A stretch of DNA of 64,000 nt from Coniocarpon cinnabarinum (lineage: Eukaryota), in the NCBI GenBank assembly GCA_051942205.1, contig JAVECO010000050.1, positions 62,001 to 126,000 on the forward strand. The letters are read 5' to 3'. Positions 10,690 to 22,766 of the stretch are shown here, one piece after another; position 1 is the first letter of the stretch, and every line of letters begins with the position of its first letter. A model generated the notes under the pieces. The model searched no databases and was not told the DNA's origin. It was given only the letters and a program-made list of their open reading frames with translations. The position numbers were made by a program, and so were the translations under genes.

Positions 10690-12429
10690 ATGGATTCGCC
10701 CTCCCTCACTGGCAGTGTCGCCACGCTTCTGACCGAACGAGGCGCACACTCTTCACATCCAAACTTCGGCCATCTCACCCTCCTCGTCTTCGAAGCGGTC
10801 CTCGAGGTTGTGTGTGTGAGTCTACCGGGCTACATCGTAGCTCGAAGAGGCATGTTTGGGGCTGACGCGCAAAAATTCGTCGCCAATTTGAACATGACCC
10901 TGTTCACGCCCTGCCTTAGTTTGTCTCCCGAATACTATCGCTGTGGCTACGAGCTCATACTTGACAGTTTTCACCAAGCTGGCCAGTCAGCTGAATGGTG
11001 ACCGTCTGATTGAGCTGATCATAATCCCCTTCATTCTGCTGGCACAGACCGCAATCTCGTACGTGGCCGCCCGGGTATGCTCTTGGGCGTTCAGGATGCG
11101 CAAGAAGCCACAAGAGAATTTCATTGTAGCGATGGCGGTAGGTTTTCCCCCAACGATTCGCTGTCGCTTCCGGCTTCAAACTGACCCATCCGAAAGGTAT
11201 TTGGCAACTCCAACTCCTTGCCTCTCTCTCTCGTCATCTCCCTCTCCCACACTATATCCGGTCTTCACTGGGACAAAGTTCCGGACGACAACGACAATGA
11301 AGTTGCAGCACGCGGCATTTTGTACCTGCTCATCTTCTCGCAATTAGGTCAGGCAGTCCGGTGGAGCTGGGGCATGAACTCACTATTGAAACCACTTGAC
11401 CACTATACACCGAGCGAGCGCGGCGACATATTACAAGACGAAGAGGTTATTAGGCAGCCATACAGCGACGAGTCGCCTCGAGAGTCTATTGACGAGTCTA
11501 ATTCGAATTCCGACACGGCTTCACCGGACAGCGCACTGGACACGCTCGCGAATCCTTCCATCATACCGTCACCGACGTCCTCCAATGACCATTCTCAACA
11601 GCAGTCGCTCATGCGCAAGCCGAACGGGGACGTAGTTCTCGATAGGGTCTCTTCCGCCGTGCCGAACCTGGATGGCGCCCCTTTCAGGCGCCCACGACCC
11701 TTGATCCGGCGACAGACAACTTCTGGTGCGCCGGATTGGATGCAACGATTGGGGGACAAGCTTGCCATACGTTATAACAAGTCTACAAGCAACGTGAAGC
11801 AGAGATCTGCAAACCTGTTTGATGCGTTTCCAAAACCGTTGCAAAGGTCACTGCAGGCGATCTGGAAGGTTGTGCGGTACATCGCCAGTTGCCTCAACGT
11901 GCCGTTGGCAGCTATCCTATTGGCAGTGATAGTTGCGTTGACACCGCCACTTCAGCGATTCTTCTTTGAAAAGGGAACATTCGTCAACAATTCTGTTACC
12001 TCGGCTTTGGTGGCAATGGGCAACGTGGCTGTGCCTCTGATCCTAGTCGTGCTCGGAGCGAATTTGGCGCGCAACACGCTTCCTGACGAAAGTGTGGAGG
12101 AGGTGGGCACGAAGAACGAGCAGGCGAAGATGCTCTACCTATCGTTGATCTGCCGCATGCTTATTCCCACAGTCATCATGACCCCAATCCTGGCTATCAT
12201 GGCGAAATACGTTCCTGTCAGCATCATCGACGATCCCATATTTCTCATTGTGTGCTTCCTCCTGAGCGGAGCGCCGAGCGCATTGCAGTTGGCGCAGATG
12301 TGTCAGGTCAATGGGGTCTTCATTGGAGTTGTTTCGCGTTTGTTATTCCACAGCTACGTGCTCTGGATCCTACCGTCAACGCTCATCTTAGTGCTGTTGG
12401 CATTAGAGACCGTGGAATGGGCAAAGTAG
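10690..12429 (+). CDS. Auxin efflux carrier (AEC/PILS-like, Mem_trans) membrane transporter, 3 exons
   Basis: Hydrophobic helices LFTPCLIFTKLASQL, FGNSNSLPLSL, AVPLILVVLGANL and GAPSALQLAQMCQ flanking a hydrophilic central loop. Introns near 10919-10967 and 11137-11196. Confidence 0.88.
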
Positions 12430-13278
12430 ACAGCATACGAAGCTTATAAGGTTTAAGCATGGGTGGTGCACGGATTGAAAAAGCATAGCGACATTTGGAT
12501 GGGGTACAGAGACCAATTTCTCTTCGTACAGGGTTGAAGAGTGCTTGGCCAAGATTGCATATTAGAGCAACTGTTTAGACACGGCCGCTCTGAGATGACA
12601 GGAACAATGATGATACGTTTCACGCCATTAATCCTATACATAGCTGGCCAGAATAGGGCGGTTGTGGCGTACTTGCGTCGTAACAGCTGCCGCTTCTGTC
12701 GAATGCTTGCAGATTGGCGACAGTCTTATTGGCGAGCTTGGGACAGCCTGCAATTTCCCTCGCCCTATCTATACAAGCTGTGTCCATCTCAAGCCTTGGT
12801 TTGCTGCATTGCTCTCCTTCTGACGAGCCGAGTCGCTCGTTGCAAGCATGCCTGTGTGCAAAGGCGCAGTGGCAACGGCAACGTGTCTCTTCCGTGCAGG
12901 AAGTGCAACCTGTCCCCTCCACTTGGGGCAAGATGGAGACCCATGCGGCATGGCGCTCCATTCTCCGCACTGCAGCGATTCGCGTCCATCTCGATGGCAC
13001 CTTTGCCACACTGCCAACTCTTTCATTATACCCAAACCTAATATTGCGACTGTTGCAACGTACGCGCCGCCAGCTTGCAGAGACCCTGGGCGCGCGACAC
13101 GTGGATAATCATCCGTCGCTTTCGGCTCTTATCTCCACTATCACGCGGTCCATCTTTCTACACCATCGACAACTCCATCCACTGCAGACACTGTGGCGAC
13201 TGTGCCTGAATCGTGGGCGACTCTTTGATGACAGCGTGAAAGCTACACCCATGCTTTGGAGAATATTGGCACATCGAC

Positions 13279-16207
13279 ATGGCAGAAGAAGGCGGCGAAA
13301 AGCCTGAAAGCCGTCGCGGCCCCGCCGTCCGCGTCAACGGTAACGCGACGGAAGTATCTCTCATTGACCACGGTAAGCATCAAACCACTGCTTGATTTCT
13401 TTCCATGTTTGAGCACTTGCATCCAAAAATATGTGAAGACCTTTAGGGCGATATTCGTCCGCGCAGAACGGCACAGCTCTTGTTATTGCAGGAGACCTGT
13501 CTTTACGACTCGCGATTGAATTGCTGGACTTGCCCGACTCTGTTTCCATCCACGGACAATCTTCCTTCCTTTCGTTACGCTCGTCATTAGCTGACAGCTT
13601 ACCAATACATCGGCCCTCAAATGCTTCATCGCCCAGTATCCTCCTAGATGCGTGTGCCAATGCAGCAACGTCATGGAAGCTGACACATATCCGCAGGTCT
13701 CCTTAACGACCAGTCAGACACCATCTCACCCTTATTGCTTGGAAAGTCCAAGGATTGTGATGACTTCAAGCTGGATGGGAGTCCTCGAGTCTCGACCCAT
13801 ACTAAGAAGCCGAAACAGCGGCCAAATTGGCTGTCTCACAACAGACTGGTGTCGAGCCCAAAGACATCGCCTGCATTGCCGTCATCCACAGACACAGCCA
13901 CTAGCTCTGTCATCCAAGCAACTCCAACAGATGATGTGCATCAGGCAAAGGCAGTGGTGGCACAAGCATGGGAATGGCTTCATGCGGAAAAGCAGAAGCG
14001 CAAGCTCCGGAAATGCCAGCCACAAGCATCACGTGATGGTCTGGACGTGATTAAAGAAGACACTCATGCGGCGGCTGACAGTGTTGAGAAGGCTAGACGA
14101 GACTCGGGGGCCTCAGACACGTCCACGGCTCTCGACCAGCTTGAAGAAATCTTGCGCAAGGACAACTCGATCAATGGGATTCCACGGCGTTCAAGTACGA
14201 GAGGTGGACGGAAAAGATCTAACATGCTTCGTGCCTCGGCATCCTCACTGCGACCACGAAGACACTCCGGCGCTGGTGCTTCTTCTGACACGGATCATGT
14301 CGACAGTGAAATTAGCGTGCCCACTTGCGAGACATGGCTGGACAATTCCAAGACATTGACGCGAACGACAGGCCTGGCATCATTGGACGAGAATGGCGTT
14401 ACTTACTCCAGAAGTATGTCTCAACGTGAAATTGAGGCTTGGTCCAATTTTCAATGCGAGATTTTGAAAATTGCTCACACGCTTCAGCTGAAGCGCTGGC
14501 GTCGTGTTCCGCTAGAGCGCAGCGACGACATCATTGTCGAGAGATTAAGTGGCGCACTGACCAATGCTGTCTATACAGTCTCACCACCGCGAGACTTCTA
14601 TCTGAGTGGTACCTCACAGGAGCATGGTGAAGGTGCGGGACCTTCGAAACAACAGCCACGTGCTGCACCCGGGTTAGTTGCGCTCCACGTCTCTCAATGT
14701 CGACGTCTTTAACTTTTGTCCTTAGCAAACTTTTGTTACGAATCTATGGACCGCAAGTCGAGCACCTCATTGATCGTGATGCAGAGTTGCAGATATTGCG
14801 AAGACTTGGAAGACAAAACATTGGACCCCGGCTGCTTGGCACATTCAACAACGGTCGCTTTGAAGAATACCTTCATGCCAAGCCTCTTCAACCTGCCGAG
14901 CTTCGTGAGCCTAGTGTCTCGCGGCAGATTGCGAAGCGCATGCGGGAGCTTCACGATGGGATCGAGTTGACTTACGAAGAGCGCAGCAACGGTCCCTTTG
15001 TTTGGCACAACTGGGAGAAGTGGCTTGATCGATGTGCCAGGATAGTGTCTTATATCGATGGTCAAGTGCTCTCTGGCGGGCCTGCTTCACCGGCGGTATC
15101 ACGGCTTAGGAATCGTGGTTTCGTTTGTGGTACCAGCTGGGATGTGTTCAGAAACACCGTCGAAAAGTTTAGGAAGGAGCTGCAGCACTTATACGGCGGC
15201 CCAGAGTCGCTCAAGCGTGAGCTAGTTTTCTCACATAATGATGTGAGTTTGAAACTCTATGAGTGCTTTCTGATGACTGACTGTGGTTGCAGACACAGTA
15301 TGGCAACATCTTGCGACAAGAGCCGCCCGGAGAATCGCCACTTCTACATCCAGCGAACTTGCACAAGCAATTAGTCGTGATCGATTTTGAGTACTCAAAC
15401 GCAAACACACGTGGCTTAGAATTTGCCAACCATTTTGTGAGTCATGCCGTCATTCCACTAATACGCAATGCGATCATATCTGACGCGTTGGAACAGACAG
15501 AATGGTGTTATAACTACCACGACCCGGATCTCTCATTCGATTGCCAAACCTCTAATTACCCAACGCCAGAGGAACAACGCCGGTTCCTCCGCGCGTATCT
15601 AGAGCATAAGCCGCAATTTACACCAGCCGTTACGACACCGCGTCTGGGACTCACACGTGGTTCGATATCGTCGATCGCAAGTGCGTTGCCCAGCGCTCGT
15701 AGTGGCTACTTCTCTGCTGCAGACACTCAACAAAGCGAATCATATAGTAGCACTACCTCGCAAGATGGTATCACACCGATGCCGCTTACCGAGAGCATGT
15801 CGTCACTTAATTTAGCCCGTACTGAGAGTCAGCGCTCCGACAAGGACGATTTGCAGCCGGCCGACCTAGAAGCACGAGCTACTGAGTTGATGCAAGAGAC
15901 ACGTTTGTGGCGCATTGCTAACTCCGCGCAATGGATGGCGTGGGGAATTGTGCAAGCGCGTGTACCAGGTCTCAACAGTCAGCCACACGCACAAATTGTC
16001 AAGGATACAGCAACTGAATGGACGGAGAGTCCTGGTACCGCCAACGAAGGCAGTGACGTAGAAGAGGAAGACATCGAGTTCGATTATCTGTCATATGCCA
16101 GGTCCCGGGCCCTATTCTTTTGGGGCGACTGCGTGCAGCATGGTCTGATCAAGAAGGATGAGTTACCAAGAGATGTGCAGGACAACTTGAAACTTGTGAA
16201 TTATTGA
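13279..16207 (+). CDS. Choline/ethanolamine kinase
   Basis: ERLSGALTNAVY, KLLLRIYG, GPRLLGTFNNGRFEEY, Brenner motif FSHND/TQYGNIL and VIDFEYS. Exon 1 from ATG 13279 joins in frame via a 324-nt intron (13373-13696), with further introns near 14673, 15243 and 15437. The start is less certain than the kinase core. Confidence 0.9.
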
Positions 16208-16995
16208 TGGTTACGGTTGCGACCTCGAGGTCTGCTTTGGCGGGGCATTTGTAACGGCTTAGACCCATCAACAAATCATTAGCTTTTGCGATATGTGACT
16301 GGCATTTGGTACTTATCCCAGAGCTTTTCCTATGCATCACCTATGTAGTGTAACAGTCCCGCTGTTGTACACTGGTCTTATAGGTTATAGGCATATTAGG
16401 TATTGAACGCCTCACTTTTAAGGCTCTCCGTGATCGGCTGTGGTTCAACACCCATGATTATAAAGATTTGATACTGGTATGACTATTTTAAGACCTGAAG
16501 CGCTGCCCATGAACTACTGTGCTCACTTCAACGCGGTTGAGCTGCTCGAATGGTTGCATTTGGGAATCCTAGGAGCAGGTCCGCAACTGCTGCAACGGCA
16601 CTAGTTGAGACTTGATGTTTCTTGAACAAGCTTTTGGAGATACGATGAACATGAGCCAGGAAACAGTATGACTTGCCAGTAATAACGAAAGAAGCATCAA
16701 CATTCTTAATCCTCAGCATTCAATATGGAGGTAAGACACTTCCTGAGTACCTCGATGCTCATGTTTGCCCCCAGTTTTCCATGGGCCAATAGATGGCCCG
16801 CCCTTCGAGCTATCGAGATTTGTGGGGCGTCTATATGTAGGTGAATGGGTGCTTTGAGAAATGTAGCTAAGCGTGCGCAAGCTATGCCGCCTTTTCCGGT
16901 TGTCTCTTGATATGAAAATCGACTCTCGAAATCCATCTTAGGTCCTTTTTTCTATATGGATAAAGTGGCCGAGTCAATTCGAAGGTCTGCCCGCA

Positions 16996-18149
16996 ATGCA
17001 AGAGGCTGACTATGATCACGAACAGCATTCTCGGCGTAGGCCGTCGACCGGCTCAATCCTATCATCAAGCAAGTTCAGCAACCTCTTCAGACGGCAAGGC
17101 AAATCAAGACTGCTACTTATGGGACTGAAGAGGTGCGGAGTCATCCCTCTGCTGGCACAGATAAACGAGTCTCACATGTAGTGTAGAAGCGGCAAGTCCT
17201 CCATCGCTAACGTCGTGTTCCACAAGCTACCCCCAAGTGAGACACTCTACCTGGAGACCACTACCGCGATCAACAAGGACTCTGTGCAGTACGTTGACAT
17301 CTATAAATGCTGTGATCAGCCTTGACTCATGAGCATCGCAGCACCTTGCTAGACTTTCAGATATGGGATTTCCCTGCACAGCTCGACCTTGGCACCCTCT
17401 CCGATGTCGATAATGTTCTCGAACCAGTCGGCTCCATCATCTTCGTAATTGACGCACAAGATGAGTACTTCGACGCCATCGCTCGCCTCGTCAGCACAGT
17501 CAGGTTCATACACCAGACGCATCCATCTATTTACATCGATGTTTTTGTCCACAAGGTCGATAGCTTGTCAGAAGACTTCCGACTCGACGTTTTCCGCAAC
17601 ATACAGCAGCACATTCAAGATGAGCTTACCGACAGAAACCTCGACAGAGTGACCCCGAGTTTCTATCAGACGAGCATCTACGACCATTCCGTCTTCGAGG
17701 CGTTCAGTCGCGTCGTCCAAAAGCTGATCGTGCAGCTACCCGCGTTGGAAAGCCTATTGAATACTCTTTGTAGTAGCTCGCGCATCGAAAAAGCCTACCT
17801 CTTCGACGTGTTGAGTAAAATTTACATCGCATCGGACACTACGCCCGGAGACATCATAGCCTACGAGACGTGCTCAGATTACATCGATGTCATTGTTGAT
17901 ATCAGCGAGATCTACGGATGGGACCGACCGGCTGATGGAGGGAAAAGTGAGTACGGAAATCAAGAAGCGGAGAGTCTGATCACGATGGAGAAGAAGGGAG
18001 CCAAGTACCTATACTTGAGAGAGGTGAACCAATACTTGGCACTGGTATGCATCGTGGGTGAGGATGACCCGCAGCACAGGAAGGCAGCTATTGATTATAA
18101 TGTTGGAGCCTTCCAAAAGGCGTTGGCCCAAATCTTCCACGACGAATGA
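16996..18149 (+). CDS. GTR2: Rag C/D-type small GTPase Gtr2 (TORC1/EGO pathway)
   Basis: Spliced P-loop [71 protein letters not shown]; roadblock region [16 protein letters not shown]. Confidence 0.93.
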
Positions 18150-18523
18150 TACAAGAGCTGAATATGAGCCTTGGAGTGCATTGCGCACGCAACGCCCCCA
18201 CTCCCTAGAGATGGCTGTCCATGACAGAAAATGACGTGACTCCTGATATGACAATTCGCCTTAAAGTCTTGTTTTTTTGATCGATTTACCATGCACAAAT
18301 GACTCTGCCTGGCTGTTGGTGAGGAATGTAGGGAGTACCCATGAGCCTTCAACGCCGAGGCATTTCTGTCCATACCCACCAATGACGTCGCGGCGTCCAC
18401 CCAAACACCAATACCGTTGCGGCTGCCCAAGAAGCTTGATTTCATGCTTAAACCAAGACACGCACCTCTCCACCTGCAGCCTCATGCCATAACTTGACAC
18501 CTCCAGTGGTCTGTCGTCCCACC

Positions 18524-19695
18524 ATGGCAGAGGATTCCGATCTGCGACGGCGGACCGCAGCCAAATACGACGACGATGATCAGTGCAACAAGCAAGGCTC
18601 CAAACAGAAGAGCTCTGCGAGACCGGCTTCCGAGGCCAGCGCGTCTTCATTTGGCGTGCTGGATGGTTTGAGACTCCTGACAGCACTTCTGCTCGTCAGT
18701 ACAGTCGCTAGTTACCTCACCACGCGGGGTCAGTCTTTCATTTGGAACGCGCGCAGACCATGGTGGACGAAGACGAAGATGCTGCGAGCGTATTTCGTAC
18801 GTGCCTCTTTTCCTTCCAACTTGCATTTCGTCTTTCTCCGCAGATAGCTCATGCGTTCTTGCTATCAATGCACTGTGCGCTGACCTACTCTCACGTCCAG
18901 GCTGAGGACCTCCTTCTCACTAACGAACAACTCAAAGCCTACGACGGGACCGACCCCTCACGACCTATCCTCCTGGCACTCAATCGCACCATCTACGACG
19001 TTTCGGCCTCTCCGCACGTCTACGGACCGAACGGGATGTACTCGCAGCTCGCAGCCAAGGACGCCTCCCGCTCCTACATCACCACATGCTTCGATCCAGC
19101 GAACGATCTCGTCCCCTACCTCGGCGGCGTCGAAGAGATCTACGTCCCGCTCTGGCTCAGCAAGAAACTGCAAAACAAGGAAGAAGCGAAGGATCTGGCG
19201 CCGGAGCTGGATGCCGTCGCGGAAGGAGAAGTCATGGAGGGCATGGGCATGCGCGCCCTGATCGACGAGTTACAGCGCAAGATCGGACGCAGAACGAGCA
19301 GACTGATGCGGGAAGAAGCCTACGAGAAGGCGCGGGAGCGCGTCCGCGCCCAGATCAAAACATGGGAGGGCATGTTCAACAAGAAGGAATATCCCATTGT
19401 CGGGAGGGTGGTGGGCGTCAACGAGACGGACGAGCGACTCTGGCGGAACTTGACGTTCTGCGAGGCCGCGTTGAAGCAGCGGCCGCCGCTCGTGGAGAGC
19501 CTGAGTGAGGCGATGCGTGTGATGGGGAGTAAGGACGGGAAGGTAGGATTAGATATGATGCAGCGGAAGGATGGGAGGAAGGGGATGACGGATGATTTGC
19601 CGAAGAAGGGGCGGGACAAGGTGGAGAGGAGGGAGGAGAAGATTAAGGGTGCGAGCTTGGAGGAGAAGGATGGTGGAAAGGGCGCTACAGAGTAA
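18524..19695 (+). CDS. Membrane-anchored cytochrome b5-like heme/steroid-binding (MAPR family) protein
   Basis: N-terminal TM segment LRLLTALLLVSTVASYL. Intron approx. 18797-18900. LTNEQLKAYDGTDPSRPILLALNRTIYDVS...YGPNGMYSQLAAKDASR...YPIVG. Confidence 0.85.
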
Positions 19696-19989
19696 GATAT
19701 GGCTGTTGCAACGTGCGCGGCGGAGATGTATAGTGTGAAAATGATTCTCTTTACTGCGTGTGAAGCATAGTCGGGGATTTGGGACCCTTGAAGATATAGT
19801 CGATGCGGAAAGGCTGCGTTGGCGATTGACTGCATGTATCAGACGCAAAAGAACATCACAGCGTCCATTGAAGCATTGTGATCACACAGAAAGCTGAAAT
19901 GATCTCATCGAAATCGGACTTCATTTGACATTGAACGTATCAACCGATCTCCCCTGCGCTCCCATCTCCCTCAATCCCGGTCACAGAAT

Positions 19990-20491
19990 CTACTCAGCGC
20001 TCGCCCTCGCTATTCGCAGTCAGCAAACTCTCCTCTGAACCCCTCCTGCCCCAAAACTTCGAGGTCACTCACTGTACACCTGCAATCTCGCATGCTGCAC
20101 AACCGGCTTGATCTTGCCCTCATTCTGCAACTCCTTCAACGCATGACGCGCGACGGATCCATTGATTTTCAGGCGATCGACGAGCGTGGCAACGGTAATG
20201 AGGCGGTACGATTGCACGTCTTTGTTCAATTTCTCGGAGATGGACTTGTCGACGACGACGGCGTGGTTGGCCTTGTCTTTCACTGTTTTGCGCAAAGCAC
20301 GTTAGCAAGATTGTCTTCGGGACATCATGTGGGGACTCGCATGGCTTGACGAGTATGTTCTGCTGTCATGATGGAGGCGAGGGTGGAGGTTGGATTTCAG
20401 ATGGTGCTGGAGGCATTCAAGAGGTGTTTCACGGACCTTTGCCTTTTGACCACTTCTTCTTTTGCTTCTTGCCGCCTGCTGCTGCTGCCAT
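19990..20491 (-). CDS. RPS25: 40S ribosomal protein S25 (eS25), 3 exons
   Basis: MAAAAGGKKQKKKWSKGK|VKDKANHAVV...YRLITVATLVDRLKINGSVARHAL...VY|TRASAE*. Introns 20283-20436 and 20010-20072. Confidence 0.96.
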
Positions 20492-20577
20492 GTTGATGGA
20501 TTGAAGCGATGAGCGACTTGATCGAGAGACAGAGAATCAAAGACGTCGGTATATCCCTCCAAAAGAGGGGGTATCCA

Positions 20578-20690
20578 TTAGGGTTAATTAAGGCTAGGGC
20601 TTCTCCAAGTTTAAACCCTAGAATCTCAATCGTGCTCTGAGGTCTTGGCGCCTCTCCACCTCTGAGCAGATACCTCGAACGACCAGTCAC
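20578..20690. promoter_or_regulatory. Bidirectional RP promoter with Tbf1-like TAGGGY/RCCCTA motifs and a Homol-D-like CAGTCAC
   Basis: TTAGGGTT 20578-20585, CTAGGGC 20594-20600, AACCCTAG 20614-20621 and CAGTCAC 20684-20690, within the 233-bp gap between the RPS25 and RPS5 start codons. Confidence 0.6.
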
Positions 20691-20724
20691 TTCAGCCTGC
20701 AATCGAGATACAGAGGTCTTTAAG

Positions 20725-21675
20725 ATGTCTGAGACTGGCGAGGCTCCGCCTGATACCTCTGTTGCGCTGAACATCCTGCCGAAGGAGGTGACGAATGAGA
20801 TTGGGAGCATTAAGTTGTTCAACAAGTGGAGCTTTGAGGATGTGGAAATCAGGGACATTTCGTTGACGTGAGTACGACTCAGCCTTCGGTAAACTCTGGA
20901 GGGGTTCTGGCGTTGCCGTAGAAATCGGCATCAGCGAGAATCAAGAGCAGGACGTTATGCATTGCGAGGAAAGATCCATTGGCACAACATTGAAGCAATG
21001 ATTGGAGAAAAAGTGACGGATTGAAGAATAGCGCATCCCAAGCGTGAAAGCAACCTACATGAACTGACAAATCTACAAAGCGATTACATCCAAATCCGAA
21101 CACCCGTCTACACTTCACACTCCGCCGGTCGCTACGCGGTGAAGCGCTTCCGCAAAGCACAATGTCCCATCATCGAGCGCCTCACCAACTCGCTGATGAT
21201 GAACGGTCGCAACAACGGCAAGAAGCTGATGGCCGTGCGAATCGTTGCGCACGCCTTTGAGATCGTACGTTATTGACATCCTGCATCTCCCCAACCATCC
21301 TCATACAGAGCCACAAATTCAAGCATACATGGCGACATCTAACAACACATGTATTAGATTCACATCACAACCGATACCAATCCCATCCAAGTCGCCGTCG
21401 ACGCCATCGTCAACTGCGGCCCCCGAGAAGACTCCACCCGTATCGGCTCAGCAGGAACCGTGCGCCGCCAAGCCGTCGATGTCTCGCCTCTCCGCCGCGT
21501 CAATCAAGCAATTGCACTGCTCACGATTGGAGCGCGAGAGGCGGCGTTCAGGAACGTGAAGAGCATTGCGGAGTGTCTGGCGGAAGAGCTGATCAATGCG
21601 GCGAAGGGGAGTAGCAACTCCTATGCGATTAAGAAGAAGGATGAGCTCGAGCGTGTGGCGAAGAGTAATCGGTAG
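20725..21675 (+). CDS. RPS5: 40S ribosomal protein S5 (uS7), 3 exons
   Basis: [23 protein letters not shown]...[28 protein letters not shown]...[17 protein letters not shown]...[14 protein letters not shown]. Introns 20868-21080 and 21265-21357. Confidence 0.97.
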
Positions 21676-22766
21676 ATTGCTTTGGTGGTGCTCGGGATGG
21701 AGTTTGTGTGGCTGCGCGCTTTGTCATGGAAAGGACGCGTATACGAAATACGACACTTGCCACTGCAGTACGCTATGGTGCTACTATTCCAGTCTTAAGT
21801 ATTCAAGTCAAGTCTTGAATGACCTCGTTCCAGCGTCTAGGCTTACTAACCGCCCTTCGTGACTCCTCTGATAGGCTTTGTGTTAGTTGCTCGAACTTCT
21901 CATGGTCTTCGAGAAATCTACCGACTCCGACTTCCATTCTTCTGCAATCATCTGCGATCAATGCATTTGTGCGCAGGAATCAGCATTTTGCCTCTTTTGA
22001 AGAGCTGTCGAGAGGCTGATCTTTGAGCATTCCAATGCAAAACTAAGGATAGCAATGGGATCCCTGATCCTGTCGATGAAATTCCAGGCTCGGAATCGAC
22101 AAAGACGCCGTGACATGCTTCATTCTTCAGGTCAAGGGGATTGATGTAATTTGTTCCACGATCGACGTAGAGTATGGATAGTCCACCACCGTCACGCCAA
22201 GGCAGAGCGATGAGGGTCCCCCCTCAAAACCTAAAGACTCCTGGTCCTTTCTGAATCTCTCCTCGACAATCGATCTGAAGGATGACACTCGACCATTTCA
22301 AAGACGTAGGAGTTTACGCCGGCCTGCCCTTTGTGTGCATTGGCAGAGAGAAACGCAAGTGCCGGCTTTGCAGTCTTCTCAGGGCACGTATCATATGTTT
22401 TGAAGAAAACATTGTCATTCTACGGAGCTGTGCTGACATCTTTGGGTCTGACATCTGCTGCTTTGTCCACATGCCTTATTATGATAATCTTATCGAGGTC
22501 AAGTCGTGTGACCGATTACTGGAGGAGAAGGAGTATGGTTGGTAGGCTTTCGGTCTGCTTGCGTCTCTTCCAAAGGTTTCGTTGTATGATTTGGATGAAT
22601 CAGAGTCTATACTACTGAAAAGTGGGTTTGAGCCTCAAAGAACTTCAACTAATGACAGGAACGCCTTGTCACGCCTTGCATGCTACATTTTAAGCATTTG
22701 ACTGTAAGGTCCTGCTTAGTCACAGGATAAATAAACACATCGTGCAAGGCACCTAACGCGAGTACC

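Noticed and set aside
20868..21080. Possible snoRNA in the 213-nt RPS5 intron
   Set aside because: No good box C/D pair, H/ACA layout or rRNA guide that I could identify.
21800..22650. Coding-looking fragments between RPS5 and the arrestin
   Set aside because: Short, stop-interrupted, with no consistent splice model or recognisable motif.
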